Notes under the pieces: generated by a model
Databases searched by the model: none
What the model saw: the letters and a program-made list of their open reading frames with translations, nothing else
What the model was told of the DNA's origin: nothing
Shown: piece after piece, positions 17,948-28,093 of the stretch
Layout: each line of letters begins with the position of its first letter
Position numbering within the stretch: position 1 is the first letter of the stretch
Virus record (IMG/VR): IMGVR_UViG_3300027396_000015
DNA length: 64,000 bases
Strand: one strand, 5' to 3'
DNA from: an uncultured virus (IMG/VR IMGVR_UViG_3300027396_000015)
Taxonomy: Duplodnaviria; Heunggongvirae; Uroviricota; Caudoviricetes
Translations under genes and position numbers: made by a program

Positions 17948-18383
17948 AAAATTATTTGGCATAGACAAATTAGAAGCAGAAAAAGAACGTCTAGAAAAAG
18001 AACGTGCAGAAGCACTTGCCCGTGCTGAAGAAGCAACAGCCAAAGAAGCAGTAGCCAAACGCGAAGAAGAATTGGCTAAAATGACTCCAAAAGACCGTGC
18101 TACAGCCAAAGGAGAACCTTGGGTCGCTGTTTTGGAGACACATGTCAATAAAGATAACTTAAAGAATGGTTTCTTCGAGATTGACTGGAACGATGAATTT
18201 GTAGTACAATTAAAACAAGCGGGTTATGGATTTGATGGCGATCCTGATGAAGAAATTGTGGATCGTTGGTTTAGAGAACTATGCAAAAATGTAGCCAGCG
18301 AAGAGGGCATCGATATGTCAGATAGAGGTGCTGGATTTATTAATGTTAAAAAGATTGCCGAAGGCAAGTCTGAGGTTTCATGA
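17931..18383 (+). CDS. Conserved hypothetical phage protein with coiled coil
   Basis: Start 17931 after GGGGA; ATAKGEPWV...GFFEIDWNDEFV...IVDRWF. Confidence 0.65.
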   Translation: MKAIIKKLFGIDKLEAEKERLEKERAEALARAEEATAKEAVAKREEELAKMTPKDRATAKGEPWVAVLETHVNKDNLKNGFFEIDWNDEFVVQLKQAGYGFDGDPDEEIVDRWFRELCKNVASEEGIDMSDRGAGFINVKKIAEGKSEVS

Positions 18384-19348
18384 CATATATTTTAGTAGAT
18401 ACTGCTAACACATTCTTTCGTGCTAGACACGTAATTAAGGGCGATGCTGACATTAAACTTGGCATGGCGTTTCACATCACTTTAAACAGTATCAAAAAGG
18501 CCTGGCAAGACTTTGGCGGTAGCCATGTAGTATTCTGCCTCGAAGGTCGCTCATGGCGCAAAGATTACTACGAACCGTACAAACGCAATCGTAGCGATGC
18601 TCGTGCGGCATTAACTGTCAAAGAACAAGAAGAGGATCAACTATTCTGGGAAAGTTTTGATAAGTTCAAAGAATTTATTATTGAAAAAACTAACTGTACT
18701 GTACTACAGCACGGCGAACTAGAAGCAGATGACTTAATTGCTGGGTGGATTCAGAGTCATCCAGAAGACAAGCACGTGATTATCTCAACAGACAGCGATT
18801 TTGTACAGTTAATTGCGCCCAACGTGAGTCAGTATAACGGTGTTCAAGAACATCATATTACACACGAAGGTATCTTTGACAAGAAAGGTAAACTTGTTAT
18901 AGATAACAAAACTAAAGAACCTAAGGCAATTCCTGATCCAAAGTGGTTATTGTTTGAAAAATGTATTCGTGGAGATAGTAGCGATAACGTGTTTAGTGCA
19001 TATCCTAAGGTGCGTGTAAACAAACTACAAGAAGCATTTAAAGACAGAGAAGCACAGGGATTCGCTTGGAACAATCTCATGTTGCAACGTTGGGTAGACC
19101 ATAACGGAGTCGAACATCGTGTTAAAGATGACTACGAACGTAATAGACAGTTAATAGATTTAGCGGCACAACCTAGCGATATTAAAGAAAAAATCTTCGG
19201 TACCATTAAAGATAATATCGACAAAGAAAAGAATGTAAGCCAGGTCGGTATACGTCTTCTTAAGTTTTGTCAATTATATGATCTTAAAAAGATTTCAGAT
19301 CAAGCACAGCAGTATGCCGAACCACTCAATGCGAGATATCATAAATGA
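18380..19348 (+). CDS. rnh: T4-type RNase H / 5'-3' flap exonuclease
   Basis: ILVDTAN, WRKDYYEPYKRNR, LEADDLIA, ISTDSDFVQL, RGDSSDNV. Confidence 0.9.
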   Translation: MTYILVDTANTFFRARHVIKGDADIKLGMAFHITLNSIKKAWQDFGGSHVVFCLEGRSWRKDYYEPYKRNRSDARAALTVKEQEEDQLFWESFDKFKEFIIEKTNCTVLQHGELEADDLIAGWIQSHPEDKHVIISTDSDFVQLIAPNVSQYNGVQEHHITHEGIFDKKGKLVIDNKTKEPKAIPDPKWLLFEKCIRGDSSDNVFSAYPKVRVNKLQEAFKDREAQGFAWNNLMLQRWVDHNGVEHRVKDDYERNRQLIDLAAQPSDIKEKIFGTIKDNIDKEKNVSQVGIRLLKFCQLYDLKKISDQAQQYAEPLNARYHK

Positions 19349-19887
19349 AAATTTGCCAGTACGAAGATACTTGTGAAAACAAAACAGAAAATTGTTGGAG
19401 TCCTAATATGACAGAGATACACGCCAAACCCGTAGTCGATGGTAAGTTTTGGATAGTAGAAGAAAATGGCAATAAAGTAGGTGTATTAAAAATCACCGAA
19501 CAAAAGAAATATATCTTTAGTTCTAAAAATGCTATTACTACATTCGATACAAAAAAGAAAATTGTAGAACGATTTGGTCCTGAATTTTTTATAAAGAAAA
19601 CTTTAGAAAAGAAAGTTAAGTCCGAAGAAGATTTAGAAGTACACGGTTATCCAACTAGCACACTTCCATACAATCCGTTATTCGATGTTAAACGTCATTT
19701 ACCGTTGTTTACAAAGAGTAATAAATCTAAAAGTGTTTACTGCGCCGGATATTATATTATTAAATTTGATAAAGGTTGGGTGCGTAGTTTCTGTCCTAAA
19801 CTAATTACTATCGAACGTTATCCGTATGAAGGACCGTTTAAAACAGAAATAGAAATGAAACACAGGTTATCAAATGCAAGAAAATAA
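19345..19887 (+). CDS. Hypothetical protein
   Basis: 180 aa; alternative start at MTEIHAKP after GGAG. Confidence 0.65.
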   Translation: MKICQYEDTCENKTENCWSPNMTEIHAKPVVDGKFWIVEENGNKVGVLKITEQKKYIFSSKNAITTFDTKKKIVERFGPEFFIKKTLEKKVKSEEDLEVHGYPTSTLPYNPLFDVKRHLPLFTKSNKSKSVYCAGYYIIKFDKGWVRSFCPKLITIERYPYEGPFKTEIEMKHRLSNARK

Positions 19888-20119
19888 AATCAATACCGCG
19901 GTAATACAACAGGTGCTTCAAACCATTAAGGGTGCCGATTTAGGCAATCAAAGAGAAGTTAGATTCGACATGGCTACTGCTAAAAATCTTGCCTATACAT
20001 TAGGTATGGTTATGACTAGACTAGCAGGTAACTATGAAGGTCTAATACAAGAATCTCGCAAGGACGATACTGTAGTTAAGGTCGAAATGGACGGAGGAAG
20101 TTGGGACCAAAAGATGTAA
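19874..20119 (+). CDS. Hypothetical protein
   Basis: 81 aa ending VEMDGGSW. Confidence 0.6.
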   Translation: MQENKINTAVIQQVLQTIKGADLGNQREVRFDMATAKNLAYTLGMVMTRLAGNYEGLIQESRKDDTVVKVEMDGGSWDQKM

Positions 20120-20125
20120 TTTTTG

Positions 20126-20133
20126 GATAAATA
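20126..20133 (+). promoter_or_regulatory. T4-like late promoter box
   Basis: GATAAATA intergenic, upstream of GAGG SD and ATG 20162. Confidence 0.55.
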
Positions 20134-20161
20134 TATACGTATATTATTGAGGAACGTATAT

Positions 20162-20446
20162 ATGAGTCGCCCAAAGCCAACAGTTGTATTGGAAAAAATT
20201 AACAAGAAGACATTTAAAAGTGACCAAATTTTAGAAGCCGAGGCAATTTGGGCGGTATTCTATCAGGGTAAACCTTTTAACTTAAAAAGTCAAAATAGTC
20301 TTAGCGGTTATCCAGGAAGCAAATATAAAAAAGTTAGTTTTAGCAATCCTGGCCATGCACACAATTTGGCAAAGAAACTTAATACACTTTTCAATTCAAC
20401 CGACTTTGCTGTTTACAAACTAACCACTGGCGAAGAACTTAAATGA
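20162..20446 (+). CDS. Hypothetical protein (MSRPKP family)
   Basis: SD GAGG; KYKKVSFSNPGHAHNLAKKLN motif. Confidence 0.65.
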   Translation: MSRPKPTVVLEKINKKTFKSDQILEAEAIWAVFYQGKPFNLKSQNSLSGYPGSKYKKVSFSNPGHAHNLAKKLNTLFNSTDFAVYKLTTGEELK

Positions 20447-20844
20447 ACACCAAGCAGGCCTATACTAAGATTTTTATTAAAGAATCTGGAGAGGCTTTGA
20501 GCGAAGAAAATCTTAAAATTAAAACAAGATTGTGGTGGAAAAACAACAGAGCCAAAGAGCGTGAAAGTCTCAGACTAACAGACGAAGGCCTGCGTTACAT
20601 AACTGAAGTTTTGGATATCAAAGTTTACGAAGTTCCGTTTCCACCTGATTTGGATTTAAAACCACAGGTACTATTATATTTGGACAAATTTTTGGACTGT
20701 CCATATCATCTTACAGAAGACTCAATTACAGTTTTGAGCGAGCGTAAAGCCATAGAACTACACTTATTTTCGGGCGATGTTCGAAAATATGGTTTGATTA
20801 AGGCTATGAAGCGCGAATTACCAAAAACCCACAAAACTTTTTAA
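20443..20844 (+). CDS. Hypothetical protein
   Basis: 133 aa, SLRLTDEG winged-helix-like motif. Confidence 0.6.
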   Translation: MNTKQAYTKIFIKESGEALSEENLKIKTRLWWKNNRAKERESLRLTDEGLRYITEVLDIKVYEVPFPPDLDLKPQVLLYLDKFLDCPYHLTEDSITVLSERKAIELHLFSGDVRKYGLIKAMKRELPKTHKTF

Positions 20845-20852
20845 AAATCACG

Positions 20853-20881
20853 TTGACATTCCTGCGGAGTGGCGTTATACT
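20853..20881 (+). promoter_or_regulatory. sigma70 promoter
   Basis: TTGACA(20853)-17-TATACT(20876). Confidence 0.8.
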
Positions 20882-20930
20882 AATGATACTGCGAAATTAA
20901 TTGCAATCATTTTTAACACAGGAGCATGTA

Positions 20931-22031
20931 ATGGCAAAAGCAGAAGTAGTCAATCGTCAAGTTAGCCCGAACGGTGCAAAGAACGCTATTCGTAAGGCAT
21001 TTAAGAAACAGCGTCCGTTGTTCCTTTGGGGTCCTCCGGGCATTGGTAAATCCGATATTATTCACCAAATTGGTGCAGAGATGGGTGCCCATGTCATTGA
21101 CATTCGCCTAAGCCTTTGGGAACCTACAGATATCAAAGGTATTCCATATTTTGATACCAATTCAGGCACTATGGTTTGGGGTAGCCCAAGCGAACTACCC
21201 ACCGAAGAACTTGCATCTAAATTCCCTAATGTAATTTTGTTCTTGGACGAAATGAACTCTGCGGCTCCTAGCGTACAAGCCGCCGCTTATCAACTTATTT
21301 TGAACCGTCGTGTGGGACAGTACAAACTGCCAGATAACGTTTTGATTGTTGCGGCTGGTAACCGCGAAGCAGACAAAGGTGTTACATATCGTATGCCAGC
21401 ACCGTTGGCTAATCGTTTCGTTCACTTGGAAATGCGTGTAGACTTTGATGACTGGTCTTTGTGGGCTACTAACAACCGTGTACACAAAGATGTTGTCGGC
21501 TACGTTACTTTTGCCAAGAAAGACTTGTACGACTTCGATCCTAAGTCTTCAAGCCGTGCATTTGCAACACCCCGTTCTTGGAGTTTCGTTTCTGAGCTTT
21601 TAGAGGAAGATGACACAAACGATGAAACGCTGATGGATTTGATTTCCGGTGCAGTGGGTGAAGGTCTTGCTCTTAAGTTTATGGCACACCGAAAAGTGTC
21701 TAGCAAACTGCCTAAGCCAGAAGATATTTTGGCCGGTAAAGTTAAGAAATTAGATTCCAAAATTGAAATTTCTGCTATGTATTCTTTGACTGTGTCTATG
21801 TGCTACGAGTTGAAAGATGCAACCGAAAAGCAAGACAAGAAATTTGACGAGAAGGTTAATAACTTCTTCCGTTTTATGATGGATAATTTTGAAACTGAAT
21901 TGGTTGTTATGGGCACCAAACTTGCACTTACCCAATATCAACTTCCGTTAGATCCAGACGAAATCGAGTGTTTCGATGAGTTCCACGAAAAGTTTGGTAA
22001 GTACATCGCGGCCGCTCAGGACAAGCGATAA
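20931..22031 (+). CDS. MoxR-like AAA+ ATPase
   Basis: Walker A GPPGIGKS, Walker B LFLDEMN, AAGN, PLANRF, TPRSW; SD AGGAG before ATG 20931. Confidence 0.88.
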   Translation: MAKAEVVNRQVSPNGAKNAIRKAFKKQRPLFLWGPPGIGKSDIIHQIGAEMGAHVIDIRLSLWEPTDIKGIPYFDTNSGTMVWGSPSELPTEELASKFPNVILFLDEMNSAAPSVQAAAYQLILNRRVGQYKLPDNVLIVAAGNREADKGVTYRMPAPLANRFVHLEMRVDFDDWSLWATNNRVHKDVVGYVTFAKKDLYDFDPKSSSRAFATPRSWSFVSELLEEDDTNDETLMDLISGAVGEGLALKFMAHRKVSSKLPKPEDILAGKVKKLDSKIEISAMYSLTVSMCYELKDATEKQDKKFDEKVNNFFRFMMDNFETELVVMGTKLALTQYQLPLDPDEIECFDEFHEKFGKYIAAAQDKR

Positions 22032-22037
22032 CCAAAA

Positions 22038-22061
22038 TAGAGGTGCAGAGATGCACCTCTA
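22038..22061. terminator. Perfect 10-bp hairpin with GAGA tetraloop (terminator, processing or stability element)
   Basis: TAGAGGTGCA-GAGA-TGCACCTCTA; short T-run only on the - strand. Confidence 0.55.
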
Positions 22062-22064
22062 ACC

Positions 22065-22093
22065 TTGACAAAGTATAGAAGTGACTGTATAAT
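22065..22093 (+). promoter_or_regulatory. sigma70 promoter (consensus)
   Basis: TTGACA(22065)-17-TATAAT(22088). Confidence 0.85.
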
Positions 22094-22123
22094 ATAAACA
22101 TACAGTAAAGAAACGGAGCATAA

Positions 22124-23302
22124 ATGTCACATTCACTAGATCCAATTATCGACAAGATTGTTGTAGCACGAGTTGGTTTGCTATTACGTCATCCATTTTT
22201 TGGCAATATGGCTACTCGCATGAAACTTGTCGATGCAAGCGATTGGTTGCCCACTGCCGCAACAGACTTCCGTAATTTTTACTTTAACAGAGAGTTCTTC
22301 GAAAAGATGACTCCTAGACAAGTTGAATTCGTTGTAGCACACGAAATTTTGCATTGTGTTTATGACCATATGATGCGTGTAGAAAGTCGCGATAAGAAAG
22401 TTTGGAATATTGCCGCTGACTATTGCGTAAACGGTTTGCTAAAACGCGAACGTATCGGAGACGATCCTCCAGTTAAATTTTTCTATGACCGCAAGTATGA
22501 CGGTTGGAGTGCGGAACAAGTGTATGACGAAATCTATAGCAAATACGACGATGAACAATTAGCCGCACTTGGCGAACTGTTGGACGAACATTTGGATCCG
22601 GATAAAGACGGCGACGGCAAAGGTCCAAAATATAGTAAAGAAGAATTGAAAAAGATTCGCGACGAAATCAAAGAAGCAATGATTCAAGCCGCACAGGCCG
22701 CAGGCGCAGGTAATGTGCCTGGTGATATTGCTCGTATGATTAAGGAAATGACTGAACCAAAGATGAACTGGCGTGAACTGTTACGTCAGCAAATCCAGAG
22801 CACAATTAAAAACGACTTTAGTTGGGCTCGTCCAAGTCGCAAAGGTCAAATGACTGGCGCAATTTTGCCTGGTTGTAATTTTGATACTAGCATCGATATT
22901 TGTGTATCTTTGGATATGTCTGGTAGTATTACTGATGCTATGGGTTCAGACTTCCTAGGCGAAATTAAAGGCATTATGGAAGAGTTTAAAGACTTCAACA
23001 TTAAAATCTGGTGCTTTGACACTAAGGTATATAATGAACAAGACTTTAACGGATATACTTCTGAAGAAATTGGCGAGTATGAATTAATGGGCGGTGGCGG
23101 CACTGACTTTGATTGTAACTGGGAATACATGAAAGAACATGACATTAACCCTAAGAAGTTTATCATGTTCACAGACGGTTATCCTTGGGACAGTTGGGGT
23201 GATGAAGATTACTGTGATACAATTTTTATTATTCACGGTAACGACACTATTGTTCCGCCATTTGGTACATACGCATACTACGAGTTTCCTGATAAGAAAT
23301 AA
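22124..23302 (+). CDS. DUF2201-type metallopeptidase-like + VWA domain protein (MoxR partner)
   Basis: PTAATD, VAHEILH (HExxH), WNIAADYCVN; MIDAS LDMSGS, GGGGTDF, FTDGY. Confidence 0.85.
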   Translation: MSHSLDPIIDKIVVARVGLLLRHPFFGNMATRMKLVDASDWLPTAATDFRNFYFNREFFEKMTPRQVEFVVAHEILHCVYDHMMRVESRDKKVWNIAADYCVNGLLKRERIGDDPPVKFFYDRKYDGWSAEQVYDEIYSKYDDEQLAALGELLDEHLDPDKDGDGKGPKYSKEELKKIRDEIKEAMIQAAQAAGAGNVPGDIARMIKEMTEPKMNWRELLRQQIQSTIKNDFSWARPSRKGQMTGAILPGCNFDTSIDICVSLDMSGSITDAMGSDFLGEIKGIMEEFKDFNIKIWCFDTKVYNEQDFNGYTSEEIGEYELMGGGGTDFDCNWEYMKEHDINPKKFIMFTDGYPWDSWGDEDYCDTIFIIHGNDTIVPPFGTYAYYEFPDKK

Positions 23303-23586
23303 TGGCAAATAATGCTAAAATAAATCCACTTAATGTGTTAGGCTGTAGGGAGGTGCAGGATCCGCCTCCCTATTTCCATTACTACTATTTGGATCTAAAA
23401 TATAATATTGTAGCATCCGTTAAGGATTGGATTTACGAAAATCTTAAACACCGATTTTATATTGGCGAGTGTTTAGTGTTAGAAAATAATCAATATCAAA
23501 CCAAAATTAAAGTTGGTTTTGAAGAGCCAAAAGAAGCCAGTTTCTTTTTACTGGCGTGTTCACATTTAAAGTATCTAAATAATTAA
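23302..23586 (+). CDS. Hypothetical protein
   Basis: 94 aa, KVGFEEPKEASFF motif. Confidence 0.6.
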   Translation: MANNAKINPLNVLGCREVQDPPPYFHYYYLDLKYNIVASVKDWIYENLKHRFYIGECLVLENNQYQTKIKVGFEEPKEASFFLLACSHLKYLNN

Positions 23587-23618
23587 CTGCATATATAATA
23601 ATACAAAGGAGTATAATT

Positions 23619-23852
23619 ATGACCGAAAAAACCGAAACTCAAGAAGTAGCACAACAACCTGCGCCAGCAGAAGCGCAACAATCAGTAGACTTAAATGTTC
23701 AAGATTTAAACCTACTAAGAAGCATCATCGACCTTGCGGCACAGCGTGGTGCATTTAAACCTGGCGAAATGGCGGCCGTGGGCGGAGTTTATAACAAACT
23801 CAATGGATTTTTAGAGGGCGTTGCTAAACAAGGACAACAACAAAATGGTTAA
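23619..23852 (+). CDS. Hypothetical protein
   Basis: SD AAGGAG; LNVQDL..IIDLAAQRGAFK..EM..VG.VYNKL. Confidence 0.7.
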   Translation: MTEKTETQEVAQQPAPAEAQQSVDLNVQDLNLLRSIIDLAAQRGAFKPGEMAAVGGVYNKLNGFLEGVAKQGQQQNG

Positions 23853-24462
23853 TTTAAAACACGTAGGACGCATTAAAGCAAACGGACGTAAAGTTATCGT
23901 TGCTTATAGAACACTACCCGGTGAAAGTGATGCCGCACTAGTTATCGATACTGCTAGTTTATCTGATGATCAACATGATTCTCTTATTAAATTAGTCGAA
24001 AGCCCAGCAGGACAAAGTGCATACGAATTTGCAGAAGCAATGGCTCGTACAAATTTCCCAGACGGTAGTATCATGCTTGCCAATTTGCATTTTAATAGCA
24101 AATTGCTTAAAGTTAAAACATCTGAAATTGAAATGATTCCAACGATGCAGTCGACTATTAGTTTAGATCAACTTAATCAAATCATTGCAGAGCAAAGAGG
24201 CATTAGTGTTAATGACTTAGCACTGGGCAATGGATCCCAAGCCACTGAAGTTGCTACTGTAAAAGACATTACAGAAACTACTAAGACAGATGTTGTAGCC
24301 GAAAGCCAAGTTGCAAAAATTAATGAGCAACCTTTATCTGACGAGGACCTAGCAAAGTCTTATCGAAGCCAAGCAGATCGTTTGAGCAAAGAAGCCGCTG
24401 AACTTCGTCGTCAAGCAGAAGCACTGGTACCGACTAAGAAGAAGGCTACTGCTGAAGCGTGA
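23845..24462 (+). CDS. Hypothetical protein with C-terminal coiled coil
   Basis: Start 23845 after AAGGA; LKHVGR N-terminus. Confidence 0.65.
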   Translation: MVNLKHVGRIKANGRKVIVAYRTLPGESDAALVIDTASLSDDQHDSLIKLVESPAGQSAYEFAEAMARTNFPDGSIMLANLHFNSKLLKVKTSEIEMIPTMQSTISLDQLNQIIAEQRGISVNDLALGNGSQATEVATVKDITETTKTDVVAESQVAKINEQPLSDEDLAKSYRSQADRLSKEAAELRRQAEALVPTKKKATAEA

Positions 24463-24773
24463 AGAAAAAATCTCTGCCAAAAGATGTTGTAGATCAATGG
24501 CCAGAGGTTTTTAGCGATGTAGATGTAAAAGCAATACCTATCCCATATTTGTATTCGATGAGAATCATCTTCAAAGATGGGAAGGTATGGGATATTAACA
24601 TCGACGATCACGCTAGAAAAAACAGCATAGACGATCTTGAAGCACATCTTTCTGAACTAATCACAACCTATGAGGATTCTATTGAACATATAGACTTCAG
24701 GTTAGACGTTGAGCGTGTGAAGAAAGATGTAATGAAACAAACAAAGAGTTTTCTTAAAAAACCAAAAAAATAA
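24459..24773 (+). CDS. Hypothetical protein
   Basis: GTG start overlapping upstream stop; WPEVF motif. Confidence 0.6.
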   Translation: MKKKSLPKDVVDQWPEVFSDVDVKAIPIPYLYSMRIIFKDGKVWDINIDDHARKNSIDDLEAHLSELITTYEDSIEHIDFRLDVERVKKDVMKQTKSFLKKPKK

Positions 24774-24776
24774 ATT

Positions 24777-25310
24777 ATGATAGCGGCTTTATTTGCAGTA
24801 GATGATATAGGTGGTATGGGGTGGAAAGGGTCGTTACCGTGGCCTAGTAACAAGGACGATATGAAATGGTTTAAATCCGTTACACAAAATCAAGTCGTTG
24901 TTATGGGTCGTAAGACTTGGGAAAGTCCCGATATGCCTAGCCCATTACCTGGACGATTAAATGTTCTTTTTACTAACAAGTTTTTAGAACGTGAAGATAT
25001 AGAACAAATTCGCGGCGATGCCTGCGAAGCATTAAAAAGTTTAAAACAGACAAATAGACGCAAAAACATATTTGTAATCGGTGGACCAAATTTACTATTA
25101 CAAAGCAAACCAGTTTTAGATAAAGTTTACTTAACTAGAATACAAGGCGAATACTTAAACGATACTAGTATAGATTTAACAGAGTTCTTAGATGGTATGA
25201 AATTACATCAAACTGTTAACTTAGGAACCTGTATAGTAGAAGAATATCACAATGAAACAATATCACGAAGCACTAAAACAAATACTAGAAAACGGAAAGA
25301 ACAAGACTGA
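24777..25310 (+). CDS. frd: Dihydrofolate reductase
   Basis: GMGWKGSLPWP, DMKWFK, VVMGRKTWES, PLPGRLN, FVIGG. Confidence 0.93.
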   Translation: MIAALFAVDDIGGMGWKGSLPWPSNKDDMKWFKSVTQNQVVVMGRKTWESPDMPSPLPGRLNVLFTNKFLEREDIEQIRGDACEALKSLKQTNRRKNIFVIGGPNLLLQSKPVLDKVYLTRIQGEYLNDTSIDLTEFLDGMKLHQTVNLGTCIVEEYHNETISRSTKTNTRKRKEQD

Positions 25311-26097
25311 TAGGACGGGTGTAGGTACTCGTAGCGTGTTTGGTTATCAAATGCGTTTTAATCTGCAAGAAGGTTTTCCCGCAGTTACTACTAAGAAGCT
25401 CGCTTGGCGAGCAGTAGTTTCGGAACTTCTTTGGTTTTTAGAAGGTAGCGGCGACGAACGCCGTCTTGCAGAAATCCTACATGGCACAAGAGACTCCAGT
25501 AAAAATACTATTTGGACTGCTAATGCAGAAGCAGATTACTGGAAACCAAAAGCAAAGTTCGAAGGCGATCTAGGTCGGGTTTACGGAGTACAATGGCGTC
25601 ATTGGCAACGACCTTTTCTAAACTCCGACATCGATCAACTTGAGAATTTAATCGAAGGGATTAAGAAAGATCCAGGTAGTCGTAGACATATTATGACTGC
25701 ATGGAATCCCGGAGAGCTCGATCAAATGGCATTACCGCCATGTCATATATTAAGTCAATTTAATGTTACTGACGGGTATCTAAGTTGTCAACTATATCAA
25801 CGTAGTTGCGATATGTTCTTAGGTGTACCATTTAACATTGCCAGTTACAGTTTACTTACACATATTATTGCTAGAGAGTGTAATTTAAAAGTAGGCGATT
25901 TTGTATGGACTGGGGGAGACTGTCACATCTACAATAATCATATTGACGCAGTCAATGAACAACTAGCCCGCACCCCAAAGCAATTACCAACATTGTTTAT
26001 TACAGTAGGAAAAAAAATCGCCGACTATGTAGTCGACGATTTTATGTTGGAAAACTATAATCCAGATCCTGCTATTAAAGCAGATATGGCTGTTTAA
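25252..26097 (+). CDS. td: Thymidylate synthase (ThyA type)
   Basis: DRTGVGT, ELLWFL, YGVQWR, MALPPCH, YQRSCDMFLGVPFNIASY, GDCHIYNNH. Confidence 0.97.
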   Translation: MKQYHEALKQILENGKNKTDRTGVGTRSVFGYQMRFNLQEGFPAVTTKKLAWRAVVSELLWFLEGSGDERRLAEILHGTRDSSKNTIWTANAEADYWKPKAKFEGDLGRVYGVQWRHWQRPFLNSDIDQLENLIEGIKKDPGSRRHIMTAWNPGELDQMALPPCHILSQFNVTDGYLSCQLYQRSCDMFLGVPFNIASYSLLTHIIARECNLKVGDFVWTGGDCHIYNNHIDAVNEQLARTPKQLPTLFITVGKKIADYVVDDFMLENYNPDPAIKADMAV

Positions 26098-28037
26098 AGA
26101 ATTAAACACTCCACTATTTTAATATCTATATTATCGTTTGATTCTAACGCAATGGCAAATACATCTGCGTTTGAGTGGAATTGACCTGCTATAGCAACAC
26201 CGCCTTCACTAGCAATCATGCGATCACCTTTCTTAACACGGCCAGTTACTTTAACTGGAACACGACCTTTTAGTGCAACATATACGCCGCCTTCTAAGCC
26301 GCTGTTCATCATATAAGCAGGGTTACCAGATATTGCGCCGATTGCACGTGAGCCAAATGTACACGCAGTGACTTCTTTTTCGCCGCCTACCATTACAACT
26401 GTTCCAACTTCGTAATTGTTATCTGGAATATACTTTTCTGCCAAGTCAGCGTAACGTGCTGAAGTAGCAGTACCGCTAAACACGTTAGCAGTTAAATTAC
26501 CACTACTATCTCGTCTAGCAATAGTATCGCCTGTCGCAGATGTTGAACTTGCATATCCGTTTAATTGTGCGGCTGATCCAGAAATGTTAATGTTCCATGT
26601 ACCACTGGCGTCTCCACCTGTGCGTGTTGGAACGTCTAAGTTAGATCTAGCATTAGCGGCTGTGCTTGCACCAGAACCACCTCTTGCAATACTTAATACA
26701 CCGCCTACACCAAACTGTGCATCAACATAGTTTTTTGTAGCGGCATGATTTAATGATGTTGGATCGCCATTTAAAGTCAAATAGCCAGTCATTGTACTAC
26801 CGTCTATTCTAACTTTTGTATCGTCTTCGATAATAATATTTGTAGTACCATCAAAGTTTACACCGTTAATAGTTCTAATAGTTGCTAATTTAGTAGCACT
26901 AGTAGCGTTACCATTAAATGTATTTGCTGTTAAATTACCACTGCTGTCGCGAGCGGCAATAGTATTAACACCTGCACTTGTGCTGGCTACACGATAAACT
27001 CCTGCTTCTACTTGAAGTGCATTTGCATTATCTGCAATACCGTAGAAGTTTGTAGCATAAACTTCTTTCCATTTTTTAAGACTAGTACCGATACTAAATG
27101 TGTTATCAACACCTGGTTCAAGTTTAGTTGCATTAATTGTTAATGGGTTCTTAACATCTGAACCGTCTCTAACTCTAAAATAAACTCTGGGACCTGTAGT
27201 ATTTTGAATTACTGGCTCTGTACCTGTTTCAATGAATACTGCCAGGTCGTTACTGTCGCCTACGGTATAGCCTAAATCGCTAAAACGAACTGTGGCTGTA
27301 AAGTTTGAACTACCTGAACGTACATAATCTGATGCTAGGAATCCGCCTAGTCGTAATGCGTTACTAGATGTACCCCAATATAAGTATGTTGGAGTTCCGC
27401 TGACACCGGTTGTATCGTCTACTTCTTGTAGTGTTAAACCTTTCTTAATTAGATTAAAACCAACAATAATAGAATCAGGGTCGCTAGTATCTAGTGTAAA
27501 TTCTTCTCTAGAAGTAATATAAACAGGAATATCATTAATATTAGCAATAATGATAGAATAAGTTTGAGGAGTTGTACTGCCTACAGGGAATCCACGAACT
27601 TGCTTAGAAACCATTTGCGTTACGCCAGCACCAGCACTTTGAGGTCCGATTGCTAGCCAACTATCTCCGTTTCTTACTTTAAGTTGATCTCGATTTACAT
27701 CAAACCAAAAATCACCGTTGTTAGGATAACTTGGTTCTGTGCTGCCGTATTCTGCTCCGCCAATTTGCTTCCATTGCTTTACAGCACCGACTATATCGCC
27801 TGTATAAATCTTTAACTTTTTATTACCGCTATCGTACCATAACTGTCCACGTACTGCGTTTGCTGGACTTGTTCCGCTTGCGAAATTCTCCAACATGAAT
27901 ACTGTGTTTTCGTTCTGAATTTCACCGTAGCCGGCATAATTTTTACCGATTAACTTAATGTCTAAACTTTGATTGACGGTACCGTCTTCGATTACTGCAA
28001 TCGCTGTTCCGTCCCATCGGTTTATTGTGTACGCCAT
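26094..28037 (-). CDS. Tail fibre / fibre-associated structural protein
   Basis: GQLWYD repeats, RTINGVNFDG, HAATKNYVD, C-terminal ARYADLAEKY...VALKGRVPVKV domain. Confidence 0.75.
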   Translation of the reverse strand: MAYTINRWDGTAIAVIEDGTVNQSLDIKLIGKNYAGYGEIQNENTVFMLENFASGTSPANAVRGQLWYDSGNKKLKIYTGDIVGAVKQWKQIGGAEYGSTEPSYPNNGDFWFDVNRDQLKVRNGDSWLAIGPQSAGAGVTQMVSKQVRGFPVGSTTPQTYSIIIANINDIPVYITSREEFTLDTSDPDSIIVGFNLIKKGLTLQEVDDTTGVSGTPTYLYWGTSSNALRLGGFLASDYVRSGSSNFTATVRFSDLGYTVGDSNDLAVFIETGTEPVIQNTTGPRVYFRVRDGSDVKNPLTINATKLEPGVDNTFSIGTSLKKWKEVYATNFYGIADNANALQVEAGVYRVASTSAGVNTIAARDSSGNLTANTFNGNATSATKLATIRTINGVNFDGTTNIIIEDDTKVRIDGSTMTGYLTLNGDPTSLNHAATKNYVDAQFGVGGVLSIARGGSGASTAANARSNLDVPTRTGGDASGTWNINISGSAAQLNGYASSTSATGDTIARRDSSGNLTANVFSGTATSARYADLAEKYIPDNNYEVGTVVMVGGEKEVTACTFGSRAIGAISGNPAYMMNSGLEGGVYVALKGRVPVKVTGRVKKGDRMIASEGGVAIAGQFHSNADVFAIALESNDNIDIKIVECLIL

Positions 28038-28059
28038 TCTTATAACCCCTAATATATGT

Positions 28060-28067
28060 TATTTATC
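28060..28067 (-). promoter_or_regulatory. T4-like late promoter box
   Basis: GATAAATA on - strand, 23 nt upstream of the 28037 ATG. Confidence 0.6.
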
Positions 28068-28093
28068 GCTGCCTGCTTATTTGAAGTCTGTGC

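Noticed and set aside
25252..26097. Thymidylate synthase as a dCMP hydroxymethylase supplying the glycosyltransferase (T4 hmC route)
   Set aside because: Retains the dUMP-specifying Asn (PFNIASY) and full ThyA motifs and is paired with DHFR, so it is an ordinary ThyA
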